Both the position numbers and the translations under genes were made by a program. This document shows, piece by piece, positions 1-8,974 of a DNA stretch of 64,000 bases. Under the pieces are notes generated by a model. The model worked only from the letters and a program-made list of their open reading frames with translations. It was not told the origin of the DNA and made no database searches. Source of the DNA: an uncultured Fibrobacterota bacterium (lineage in GTDB: Bacteria > Fibrobacterota > Chitinivibrionia > Chitinivibrionales > FEN-1185); contig CAVSQB010000019.1 of assembly GCA_963729895.1 (NCBI GenBank), positions 96,001 through 160,000 of the forward strand. The letters run 5' to 3'. The number at the start of each line of letters is the position of its first letter. Position 1 is the stretch's first letter.

Positions 1-1722
1 GCGCTGCAGCCGGATCTTGCTGAACTGCGTCTGGACCAGGTTCTCCGATGCGGTAAGGAGCTCCTCGTTGACTTTCTCGCCCGGCCGCATGCCCGTGAAC
101 ACGATGTCGATGTCGGCGCCCACCTTGAGCCCGGACAGCTCGATGAGGTTCTTTGCCAGGTCCACGATCCTGATGGGTTCGCCCATTTCGAGCATGAAGA
201 TGGCGTTCGATTCGTTGAGCGTTGACGCCTGCAACACGAGCTGCACGGCCTCGGGAATGGACATGAAGAACCGCCGCGTTTCGGGGCTCGTCACCGTCAC
301 CGGCCCGCCGTCGCGGATCTGCTTTTGGAACAGGGGAATCACGCTGCCGCTCGACCCGAGCACGTTGCCGAAGCGCACGATGTTGAACAGCGTGCCCGAC
401 TTGTGGCGTTCGAGCACCACGCGCTCGGCAAGGCGCTTGGAAATCCCCATCATGCCCTTGGGGTTGACCGCCTTGTCGGTTGAGATCATCACGAATTGCT
501 TGACGCCGTGACGTTCCGCAAGCGACGCGAGCATCGCGGTCCCTATCACGTTGTTCTTGAGCGCGGCGAGCGGGTTCCATTCCATGAGATGCACGTGCTT
601 GTAGGCCGCGGCGTGATAGATGTAATCGATGGGGTAGCGCCGCATGAGAAGGTCCATGAACCCGGTATCGAGCATGTTGCCCACCACGGTGTGGATCACC
701 ACGTCGGGATGGCTCTTCTTGAGGTCCTGGTCGAGATCGTAGGCGTTCTGCTCTCCTGCGTCAAGCAGGATGAGCCGGGCGGGCCGGTAGGCCGCCACCT
801 GGTACGACAGTTCGGAGCCGATGGACCCGCCCGCGCCCGTGATGAGCACGGTCTTGGCCGCCAGTTGCCTGCGCACGTGCGTGTCGTCGAGCGTGATGTT
901 GGGGCGCGACAGAAGGTCGTTGATGGACACGTCGCGGATCTGGTTGACCTGGAACTTCCCGCTCATGATGTCGAGCATGGAAGGTACGATCTTGAACTTT
1001 ACGTCCCATTCCGGTATCTTGGACGCCTCGATGATCTCGCCGACCATTTTGTTGGTTGCCTCGGGTATGGCGATGAACACCTCGCGGACCCGGTGTTTCT
1101 TGATATGCACCTTTATGGCGGAAATATCGCCGAGCACCTTAAGGCCCTGGAGACGCTGGCCGTGCGTGGCCAAGTCCTTGTCGATGAAACCGACGGGAAT
1201 ATATTCCCTGTTCTTTGACGACTTGAGGGTCTTGACCAGTTCGTTTCCGGCATTCCCTGCGCCCACGATGAGTATGTTGCGCGCCGTTTCGCTTTCCGGC
1301 ACAAACGATTCCCGGAAAATACGGATGCCAAAACGGGTGCCGCCGTTGAGCAGGATGAACAACGCGGCATCGATCACGTAAATCGAGCGCGGATAGCCGT
1401 GAAAATGCTCGCTGAAAACAATGATGAACATGAAGACCAGGGACGAAAGCCCGGAGGTCTTGACAATGTCCGCAAGATCGTCGACGCTTACGTACCGCCA
1501 GATTCCCTGGTACAGATTGAAGATTGCGGAAAATATGAGAAAGACCGCGATGTTTATGGGCAGGGAATGGAAGAAAAGCAGCGGATACATCTTCTGGCCG
1601 AGCGTGAAATCGAAGCGAAGCAGGAACGCGATGAACAACGCGACGGCGGCAAAAACGGCGTGCATCAGGATGATGAGAACCAGCCGGTATCGTATGATCA
1701 GATTGGGAAAGGGGACGGTCAT
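1..1722 (-). CDS. Polysaccharide biosynthesis protein, CapD/PglF-like nucleotide-sugar 4,6-dehydratase (3' end runs off the window)
   Basis: Manual translation from ATG at 1722 (MTVPFPNLIIRYRLV...) gives N-terminal TM helices, then TGAGGSIGSEL, HAAAYKHV, ISTDKAVNP and VRFGNVLGSSGSV motifs. Absent from the ORF track because its stop lies outside the window. Confidence 0.92.
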   Translation of the reverse strand, partial: MTVPFPNLIIRYRLVLIILMHAVFAAVALFIAFLLRFDFTLGQKMYPLLFFHSLPINIAVFLIFSAIFNLYQGIWRYVSVDDLADIVKTSGLSSLVFMFIIVFSEHFHGYPRSIYVIDAALFILLNGGTRFGIRIFRESFVPESETARNILIVGAGNAGNELVKTLKSSKNREYIPVGFIDKDLATHGQRLQGLKVLGDISAIKVHIKKHRVREVFIAIPEATNKMVGEIIEASKIPEWDVKFKIVPSMLDIMSGKFQVNQIRDVSINDLLSRPNITLDDTHVRRQLAAKTVLITGAGGSIGSELSYQVAAYRPARLILLDAGEQNAYDLDQDLKKSHPDVVIHTVVGNMLDTGFMDLLMRRYPIDYIYHAAAYKHVHLMEWNPLAALKNNVIGTAMLASLAERHGVKQFVMISTDKAVNPKGMMGISKRLAERVVLERHKSGTLFNIVRFGNVLGSSGSVIPLFQKQIRDGGPVTVTSPETRRFFMSIPEAVQLVLQASTLNESNAIFMLEMGEPIRIVDLAKNLIELSGLKVGADIDIVFTGMRPGEKVNEELLTASENLVQTQFSKIRLQR

Positions 1723-2290
1723 AGGGAGGCTTTATTTGTCTGTGTGTGTTTTTGGAGCTACTTGTCTAAAATAGAATCTGCTAAATACAAAAGCATCAAA
1801 GGGGGGAAGTTTACCCCGTCGGGTACTTCCAAGGGGCGTCCCCCTCGCTTCAGCCCACGCAGACGCGCGGTCTTGCGCTACCCCCTTCCGGGTGGCCGCC
1901 TTGACAAGGCAGATGCTAGGTAATGCATTGTTGTGGCGGCACCCACGGAGAGCCCTTGAAAAGTTGAAGCGTTGAATTGTTGAAAAGCCCACGCCCGAAA
2001 ACCGGACGAAAGTGAATGAGTGTCATTGCGAGCGCAGCAAAGCAATCTCCGGTTGAATATATGACAGAATTGTTTCTTGCTTTGTGATTTTATTTGTCTT
2101 CGTAGTCGCGAAGCGACGTTCAACTAAGGTTGCGTTGCGAAGGGGCGACGCCGCGCGAGCGCGAGTCGAGCGCTCCAGGCGCGCCTCTTTGCTGGAGGGG
2201 GTGTGCCCCGAGACCCGCAGACCGGAGGTCGAGGAGGCTTGGGGCCAGGGGGAAACGCGAAACGGTGCCCCCGCCAGATTTTCCATCTAT

Positions 2291-3421
2291 TTATTTCACA
2301 CTCTTTACAATTGCAACCACCCTCTTTATGTCCTCATCACTCATCGCGGTCCCCGACGGCAGGCACAGCCCATTTGCAAAGAGGTTCTCCGACACCCCAT
2401 TGACATACGCGGGGGCGCCGGAAAACACGGGCTGCAGGTGCATCGGCTTCCACAGGGGGCGGCTCTCGATGTTTTCCTTTTCGAGCGCCAGCCTCGCGTC
2501 TTCGGAAGTAAAGCCGGCCCTGCGCGGGTCTATGGTGAGGCATGTGAGCCAGCGATTCGATTTTCCCCAGTCCGCCTCGGGCATGAAGGAGATGCCCCCG
2601 ACGCCGGACAGCCTTTGCCGGTAGGAATCGAATATCCTTCGCTTCGCCCCGACTCTCTCCTGTAAAGCTGCAAGCTGGCCCCTGCCGATGGCCGCGCAGA
2701 CGTTGCTCATGCGGTAATTGTATCCTATATGCGAATGCTCGTAGTGCGGCGCAGGGTCGCGCGCCTGGGTGGCAAGGAACCGCGCCGTGTCGACCAGTTC
2801 TTTTTCGGCCGAGACCAGCATGCCGCCGCCCGACGTGGTGACGATCTTGTTGCCGTTGAACGAAAATATGCCGATGCGGCCCAACGTGCCCGTACTTTTC
2901 CCCTTATACGTTCCGCCCAGCGATTCCGCGGCATCTTCGATGAGCGTTATGCCGTAACGGGTGCATATATCCATGATGGGATCGAGGTCCGCGCTCTGGC
3001 CGTAGAGGTGCACCACGATTGCCGCGGCCACGCGCTTTCCCTTTTCCCGCCTGCTCTTTATTGCCTGTTCCAGGAGCTGCGGGTCCATGTTCCACGACCG
3101 CTCCTCGGCGTCGATAAACACGGGCGTTGCGCCCTGGTACACCACGGGAAAGGCGCTCCCGGCAAACGTAAACGTCGAGCACATCACCTCGTCGCCGCTC
3201 TTGACACCCGCAAGTATCGCCGCAAGGTGGAGCGCGGCGGTGCCCGAGCTCACCGCGGCCGCGTAAGAAGCGCCGGTCGCGCCGCAGAACTCCTTTTCAA
3301 ACGCGTCGACCTGCGGGCCTATGGGCGCGATCCAGTTGGAGGCAAACGCGTCGTGGACGTAGGTGAGTTCCTTGCCGCCCAAATGCGGCGGGCTCAGATA
3401 GATGCGTTGAGGATTGGGCAT
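2291..3421 (-). CDS. DegT/DnrJ/EryC1/StrS PLP-dependent sugar aminotransferase (PglE-like)
   Basis: SSGTAALHLA, IEDAAESLG, SFNGNKIVTTSGGG motifs. Confidence 0.93.
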   Translation of the reverse strand: MPNPQRIYLSPPHLGGKELTYVHDAFASNWIAPIGPQVDAFEKEFCGATGASYAAAVSSGTAALHLAAILAGVKSGDEVMCSTFTFAGSAFPVVYQGATPVFIDAEERSWNMDPQLLEQAIKSRREKGKRVAAAIVVHLYGQSADLDPIMDICTRYGITLIEDAAESLGGTYKGKSTGTLGRIGIFSFNGNKIVTTSGGGMLVSAEKELVDTARFLATQARDPAPHYEHSHIGYNYRMSNVCAAIGRGQLAALQERVGAKRRIFDSYRQRLSGVGGISFMPEADWGKSNRWLTCLTIDPRRAGFTSEDARLALEKENIESRPLWKPMHLQPVFSGAPAYVNGVSENLFANGLCLPSGTAMSDEDIKRVVAIVKSVK

Positions 3422-3444
3422 TGGGAGAGTTGAATAGTTGAAAA

Positions 3445-5087
3445 CCTGATTCCGTGAGATAAGGTTATTAAAAACAAATTGACGGCGTTGACAAGAACGA
3501 ATATGGTTGCTAAGGCTTCTTGATAAGTTGTTGCCGGGGTGATTCCACTATGATTTGCGCTTCTGACCCCATGGTTGACAAATACACTCAACGTGTCGGT
3601 GGCGACGTTTGTTTGGTTACGGGTCTATTTCCGTTTATTGCTCTCCTTAGGTCAGCCATCCGTGGCGAACGCCAGATACGTTTGCGTCCACGCTATGCGG
3701 AGTTGATTCCGCCGCGACAGGGCAAGCATCAACCGGCGGGCATGCGTTATCACGCGTGCTGCTATGTACATAAGATCCTGAATGACCTTCCGCAATCTCC
3801 GGCGTGCAACTTTCTTACGCGGCACGTACCCCTTGTCGATTCCAACTTGGCCGCAGAGCCGCAGCATGTTGAACGCAAGAACCGCCAACGTCAACACCAA
3901 TGCGTTGGTCGTGAACTTCCCGCTGGGAAGCCGCTCCAGCGCCATATCACTCTTCAGCTCCGAGTGAAACTGCTCGCTGGTGCCATGATCCCGGTACGCT
4001 GCAATAACGTCGTCCGGGCCGGCGTTGCGTCTGCTCAGGCTCGTCCACCACGTGTGAACCTCTACATCCGGCAGCAGCAAGGCGTTTCCGTCGCGGTCGA
4101 TTGTCCGTTCGATCACCTCGAACACAACGCGCATGTTTTCGCCGTTTCTTTCCCGTATTGTCTCACCAACGTACACGGTCTTGCCTTCACGAGGATGACG
4201 CCAGTCACCGAGCGCTTGAGCATCCACGAGCCATTCGTCAATAGATTCCCTGCGTATGTTCCGTTTGATTATGTAATCGACCTTTTCCTTGCGGCAGACT
4301 CGCATGTTTTCAATATCGTCATGTCCGGCATCAAGACGCACAAGGATCGAACGATCCGTTATTTTTCGAGCAAGGGCTATGGTCTTGCGCAGAAACTCCG
4401 GAGTTCCTTCCTGGCAATGTTGTTTCCCTTCGCGCAACTCCGCGTTCAGCAGGTAGCCTTCCACGCCTATGTAGGCAAGCATCGGAGAATATCCCTCGAA
4501 CAACTTGTACGTGCAGCTTACGCCTTCCTTATGAGAACCACTGTTGTCAAAAGGAGATACGTCAGCGTCAATCGGAATATACGGTCCAAAGCAGGCGGTG
4601 AGCCGTGGCGCTGCTTTTTTCAACAGGGACGCCGAAGCGGAAAGGACTGCGTTTTGAACGGTCAGGCCCGTTTCGTCCATTCGCTGCCGCAGTGTAGCCT
4701 CGGAAGGAACCGCTTTCAATCCAAGCATCTCCTGAAAATAGTCGTCTTCACGAAACTGCTCGACCCCGTCAAAGTCTGGTTTGGCAAGACACAAAAGCCC
4801 CGTCATGGTCAGCAGCGCGTCCGCGGTGCTTATACTCCCGCTCTTCTTGTCCGGAGTAACCTGCGAAACACGCTCGCGCAAACCGGATCGCTCCGCAAGC
4901 ATCCCGATCATTGCCATTCCACCATGGCTGGTCAGAAACTCGTCCGTCTCCGTGATTATCAACTTTCTCGGCTTTGGCATGACACCTTCCGGGTGAATAA
5001 TGTGAACTGCCATTTAGTCAAGCACCATTCACCCTTAATCTACACGAAAAATCATCAAAATGCCAAAGTTTTTCTCACGGATTTAGG
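3445..5087 (-). mobile_element. IS1380-family insertion sequence, copy 1
   Basis: Imperfect terminal IRs CCTGATTCCGTGAGA / TCTCACGGATTTAGG; 6-bp direct repeat TGAAAA at 3439-3444 and 5088-5093; contains a DDE transposase. Confidence 0.9.
3652..5013 (-). CDS. IS1380-family DDE transposase (start may be 4980)
   Basis: LTSHGG N-terminus, IDAD, RLDAGHD, YRDHGTSEQFHSELK motifs. Confidence 0.9.
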   Translation of the reverse strand: MAVHIIHPEGVMPKPRKLIITETDEFLTSHGGMAMIGMLAERSGLRERVSQVTPDKKSGSISTADALLTMTGLLCLAKPDFDGVEQFREDDYFQEMLGLKAVPSEATLRQRMDETGLTVQNAVLSASASLLKKAAPRLTACFGPYIPIDADVSPFDNSGSHKEGVSCTYKLFEGYSPMLAYIGVEGYLLNAELREGKQHCQEGTPEFLRKTIALARKITDRSILVRLDAGHDDIENMRVCRKEKVDYIIKRNIRRESIDEWLVDAQALGDWRHPREGKTVYVGETIRERNGENMRVVFEVIERTIDRDGNALLLPDVEVHTWWTSLSRRNAGPDDVIAAYRDHGTSEQFHSELKSDMALERLPSGKFTTNALVLTLAVLAFNMLRLCGQVGIDKGYVPRKKVARRRLRKVIQDLMYIAARVITHARRLMLALSRRNQLRIAWTQTYLAFATDG

Positions 5088-5179
5088 TGAAAAGTTTAAA
5101 AGTTGAATAGTTTAAGAGTTAAAAAAGGCAAACAACAAAGCCGAATGGTTAGAAAGTTTAAAAGTTGAACAGTTTAAGA

Positions 5180-6822
5180 CCTGATTCCGTGAGATAAGGT
5201 TATTAAAAACAAATTGACGGCGTTGACAAGAACGAATATGGTTGCTAAGGCTTCTTGATAAGTTGTTGCCGGGGTGATTCCACTATGATTTGCGCTTCTG
5301 ACCCCATGGTTGACAAATACACTCAACGTGTCGGTGGCGACGTTTGTTTGGTTACGGGTCTATTTCCGTTTATTGCTCTCCTTAGGTCAGCCATCCGTGG
5401 CGAACGCCAGATACGTTTGCGTCCACGCTATGCGGAGTTGATTCCGCCGCGACAGGGCAAGCATCAACCGGCGGGCATGCGTTATCACGCGTGCTGCTAT
5501 GTACATAAGATCCTGAATGACCTTCCGCAATCTCCGGCGTGCAACTTTCTTACGCGGCACGTACCCCTTGTCGATTCCAACTTGGCCGCAGAGCCGCAGC
5601 ATGTTGAACGCAAGAACCGCCAACGTCAACACCAATGCGTTGGTCGTGAACTTCCCGCTGGGAAGCCGCTCCAGCGCCATATCACTCTTCAGCTCCGAGT
5701 GAAACTGCTCGCTGGTGCCATGATCCCGGTACGCTGCAATAACGTCGTCCGGGCCGGCGTTGCGTCTGCTCAGGCTCGTCCACCACGTGTGAACCTCTAC
5801 ATCCGGCAGCAGCAAGGCGTTTCCGTCGCGGTCGATTGTCCGTTCGATCACCTCGAACACAACGCGCATGTTTTCGCCGTTTCTTTCCCGTATTGTCTCA
5901 CCAACGTACACGGTCTTGCCTTCACGAGGATGACGCCAGTCACCGAGCGCTTGAGCATCCACGAGCCATTCGTCAATAGATTCCCTGCGTATGTTCCGTT
6001 TGATTATGTAATCGACCTTTTCCTTGCGGCAGACTCGCATGTTTTCAATATCGTCATGTCCGGCATCAAGACGCACAAGGATCGAACGATCCGTTATTTT
6101 TCGAGCAAGGGCTATGGTCTTGCGCAGAAACTCCGGAGTTCCTTCCTGGCAATGTTGTTTCCCTTCGCGCAACTCCGCGTTCAGCAGGTAGCCTTCCACG
6201 CCTATGTAGGCAAGCATCGGAGAATATCCCTCGAACAACTTGTACGTGCAGCTTACGCCTTCCTTATGAGAACCACTGTTGTCAAAAGGAGATACGTCAG
6301 CGTCAATCGGAATATACGGTCCAAAGCAGGCGGTGAGCCGTGGCGCTGCTTTTTTCAACAGGGACGCCGAAGCGGAAAGGACTGCGTTTTGAACGGTCAG
6401 GCCCGTTTCGTCCATTCGCTGCCGCAGTGTAGCCTCGGAAGGAACCGCTTTCAATCCAAGCATCTCCTGAAAATAGTCGTCTTCACGAAACTGCTCGACC
6501 CCGTCAAAGTCTGGTTTGGCAAGACACAAAAGCCCCGTCATGGTCAGCAGCGCGTCCGCGGTGCTTATACTCCCGCTCTTCTTGTCCGGAGTAACCTGCG
6601 AAACACGCTCGCGCAAACCGGATCGCTCCGCAAGCATCCCGATCATTGCCATTCCACCATGGCTGGTCAGAAACTCGTCCGTCTCCGTGATTATCAACTT
6701 TCTCGGCTTTGGCATGACACCTTCCGGGTGAATAATGTGAACTGCCATTTAGTCAAGCACCATTCACCCTTAATCTACACGAAAAATCATCAAAATGCCA
6801 AAGTTTTTCTCACGGATTTAGG
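5180..6822 (-). mobile_element. IS1380-family insertion sequence, copy 2
   Basis: Same IRs and transposase as copy 1; 5-bp direct repeat TAAGA at 5175-5179 and 6823-6827. Confidence 0.9.
5387..6748 (-). CDS. IS1380-family DDE transposase
   Basis: Translation identical to 3652-5013. Confidence 0.9.
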   Translation of the reverse strand: MAVHIIHPEGVMPKPRKLIITETDEFLTSHGGMAMIGMLAERSGLRERVSQVTPDKKSGSISTADALLTMTGLLCLAKPDFDGVEQFREDDYFQEMLGLKAVPSEATLRQRMDETGLTVQNAVLSASASLLKKAAPRLTACFGPYIPIDADVSPFDNSGSHKEGVSCTYKLFEGYSPMLAYIGVEGYLLNAELREGKQHCQEGTPEFLRKTIALARKITDRSILVRLDAGHDDIENMRVCRKEKVDYIIKRNIRRESIDEWLVDAQALGDWRHPREGKTVYVGETIRERNGENMRVVFEVIERTIDRDGNALLLPDVEVHTWWTSLSRRNAGPDDVIAAYRDHGTSEQFHSELKSDMALERLPSGKFTTNALVLTLAVLAFNMLRLCGQVGIDKGYVPRKKVARRRLRKVIQDLMYIAARVITHARRLMLALSRRNQLRIAWTQTYLAFATDG

Positions 6823-6908
6823 TAAGAGTTAAGAAAAGCAAACAACAAAACCGAATGGTTGAAAAGTCTAAAAGTTGAATAGTTGAAAAGCTGAAAACCA
6901 AAGTTGGG

Positions 6909-7286
6909 TTACGGCATTTGTGATCTTCTCAATGAGTTGAGCATCCGCGATATTTCTTCGATGGCGCACCGCAATTGCGAAAGGTCATCCGCTGAAACAT
7001 AGGAGAGTTCGTTTCCAATAATCACTTGGCAAAGTGGTTCCGCCAGTGAACCGTAGGCGATCTGGGAAAAATGTGCCTGATCCTTCTTGCTGAACCTTGA
7101 AGTTCCCTCAGCGATGTTCGAGGCGACAGAGACTGCAGCGCGTCTCATTTGCGCGGCCATTCCAAACTTCTCCTGATCGGGAAAGGATGACGTGACTAGA
7201 TATATCTTTTGCGCCAAGGACTTGGATTTCTTCCAAACCTCAAGCTTCTCGAATGAAAAATTGTAATTCACCCGGCCTGTCTTCAA
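6909..7286 (-). CDS. Four-helix-bundle protein (23S rRNA IVP / S23 / bAvd-like family)
   Basis: FEKLEVWK..IY..T..FP..EKFG..Q.RRAAVSVASNIAEG..R signature. Confidence 0.92.
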   Translation of the reverse strand: MKTGRVNYNFSFEKLEVWKKSKSLAQKIYLVTSSFPDQEKFGMAAQMRRAAVSVASNIAEGTSRFSKKDQAHFSQIAYGSLAEPLCQVIIGNELSYVSADDLSQLRCAIEEISRMLNSLRRSQMP

Positions 7287-7290
7287 CCTT

Positions 7291-7929
7291 TCAACTATTC
7301 AACTCTTGAGTCCTCTCAACTAACTTAACCCACTTATCCGCCCAGGGAACTATCGTTATAAGAATATATCCCATGTCGCGCAGGAAACTCCAGTTTTCGA
7401 GATAGGCGCGGTTGAGTTCCACTTTTTTCGGCCACACCACGGAATCGTTGTACGATTTGGGATCGGCTTGGGCCGCAAGCAGATCCTCTTCGTTGCGGAA
7501 GTAAAGCGAGGCGGGTCCCGTTATGCCGGGCCGCAGTTCCAGGATCCTGCGGTCCGACCCAACGAGCCTGTCGGCGTAGCCAGGCACGTCGGGCCGCGGG
7601 CCCACAAACGACATCCTGCCGATGAGCACGTTCCACAGTTGGGGAAATTCGTCGAACTTGCAGGCGCGCAGGAACCGGCCGATGGGCGTAATCCGGCCGT
7701 CGCGCGACGTGGTTATCGAGCCGCCGCTTTCCGATCCGGCGTACATAGTGCGGAACTTGACAATGGTGAACAGCTTGCCCTTTCTCCCCACGCGCCGCTG
7801 GCGGAAGAATACCGGGCCCGGCGAGGTCGCCTTGATGATGAGGGCGACAAACAGGAACGGGATGCACAGCACAGTCAGCCCGAGGGCTGAGAAAATTATG
7901 TCGAACAGGCGTTTTGATAAGGGATTCAT
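7291..7929 (-). CDS. Bacterial sugar transferase (initiating phosphoglycosyl transferase, PglC/WcaJ-like)
   Basis: KRLFD, KFRTM, DEFPQLWNVL.G.MSFVGPRP, RPGITG motifs. Confidence 0.93.
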   Translation of the reverse strand: MNPLSKRLFDIIFSALGLTVLCIPFLFVALIIKATSPGPVFFRQRRVGRKGKLFTIVKFRTMYAGSESGGSITTSRDGRITPIGRFLRACKFDEFPQLWNVLIGRMSFVGPRPDVPGYADRLVGSDRRILELRPGITGPASLYFRNEEDLLAAQADPKSYNDSVVWPKKVELNRAYLENWSFLRDMGYILITIVPWADKWVKLVERTQELNS

Positions 7930-7984
7930 TTTATATACAGATAATGCCGGGCGTTACCATTGCCTTAGTCTTGACGAAGGCAAT

Positions 7985-8273
7985 GGTCGGTTCTTCCTTC
8001 GGGCTCGGCCTAAAGGCCTCGGTGCCGCCTGCCCCTACTGCCTTCGGCGAGGTCAGGCGGTACCGCGCTTTTGCGCGCCCTCCGGTCGCCCCTAACGCCG
8101 GGCAGAAGGCTGGCCCCGCAATTGTGAAGATTCACCGTTTACACGTTTTGGTTTTCGCGTTAGGCAGGACTGAAGTGGTCCCGTCAAAGCGGGATTGCCG
8201 GCCGGCCCAGCCGATAGGCATAGGGCGGACCGGCAACGAGGCCTTTAGGCCGAGCCCGAAGGGAGGGCCGACC
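7985..8273. repeat. Intergenic element with ~50-bp terminal inverted repeats
   Basis: GGTCGG..TCCTTCGGGCTCGGCCTAAAGGCCTCGGTGCCG at the left end has its near reverse complement at ~8231-8273; related arms at ~50217-50335 and ~41880-41965. Confidence 0.75.
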
Positions 8274-8341
8274 TGAGCGCAGCGAGGGGAACGCCCATCA
8301 TTATTCTATTTTGGATGGCAAGGGGAACGCCCATATATTGT

Positions 8342-8974
8342 TCAGTTAGGGCAAATAGATTTCACATATTGATTAAGCACATTCCCATGATGCACAACTT
8401 GTTTTTGCAGGACAAAACCGCATTTTGCGTAGAACGCGTTTGAATCGCAATCCGAGGAAAAGGTGACCGTCTTGTACGACGTGACGCCGTTTTCCCGCAG
8501 GTACGATTCGAGTGCGGCCAGCAGTTGCCGGCCCACGCCTTTTCCCCTGTTGTCATCCGAGACTGCGATGGACAGCAATTCCGCCGCAGGTTGGACATCG
8601 GCGCCCGGTGCGGCGCTGCCTTTCGGCCTTGCTTTGTGCGGATACGCAAGGGTCTCACGGATATACGCAAGGTTGCGGGGGGAAAAAGCCCTTGGCAAAA
8701 GCAAAAAGAAGAAGAACAGGCCTTGCCTGAGCAGGATATGGCGGTACATCGCGGCCGTGTCCAGCGAACAGGCCGCAAACCCGGCCACCTTTTGAGAACC
8801 CGGATCAACGGCAACGAAGACCCTTGAATGCGGGGAGCGGCCGATGCTTTTGTAAAGTTTGGTGAGGAAACCGACGCCGAGGCGCGAGAGAAAACCGGTG
8901 CGGATGCATCGTTGGTGGAGCAGGGCAATTGCCCGGGCATGGAACGGAGCGAAGGGTTGGATGTTATGCGCCAT
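8342..8974 (-). CDS. GNAT-family N-acetyltransferase
   Basis: ELLSIAV...RGKGVGRQLL and N.FY.K.GF motifs. Confidence 0.85.
   Translation of the reverse strand: MAHNIQPFAPFHARAIALLHQRCIRTGFLSRLGVGFLTKLYKSIGRSPHSRVFVAVDPGSQKVAGFAACSLDTAAMYRHILLRQGLFFFFLLLPRAFSPRNLAYIRETLAYPHKARPKGSAAPGADVQPAAELLSIAVSDDNRGKGVGRQLLAALESYLRENGVTSYKTVTFSSDCDSNAFYAKCGFVLQKQVVHHGNVLNQYVKSICPN

Larger units (their letters stand above)
3428..6900 (+). repeat. Octamer-periodic (AGTTGAAA/AGTTTAAA-like) array forming about 2.7 tandem ~62-bp units, split by IS1380 copies 1 and 2
   Basis: Removing both IS copies gives GAAT(A/G)GTT..AAAGTTTAAAAGTTGAA.AGTTTAAGAGTTAA....GCAAACAACAAA.CC repeated in tandem; pieces lie at 3428-3444, 5088-5179 and 6823-6900. 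Confidence 0.75.

Noticed and set aside
3520..5106. 528-aa antisense ORF across the IS1380 transposase (also 5255-6832 and 15606-17153)
   Set aside because: It is in exact codon register opposite the transposase, has no recognisable motifs, and its stop lies in differing flanking DNA; most likely a shadow ORF.
3445..6822. IS1380 copies 1 and 2 as a composite transposon or assembly duplication
   Set aside because: Each copy has its own target duplication, and only 92 bp of repeat DNA lies between them.
6909..7286. Four-helix-bundle (Avd-like) gene plus the rfbC repeats as a diversity-generating retroelement
   Set aside because: There is no reverse transcriptase in the window, and the differences among rfbC copies do not appear restricted to adenines.
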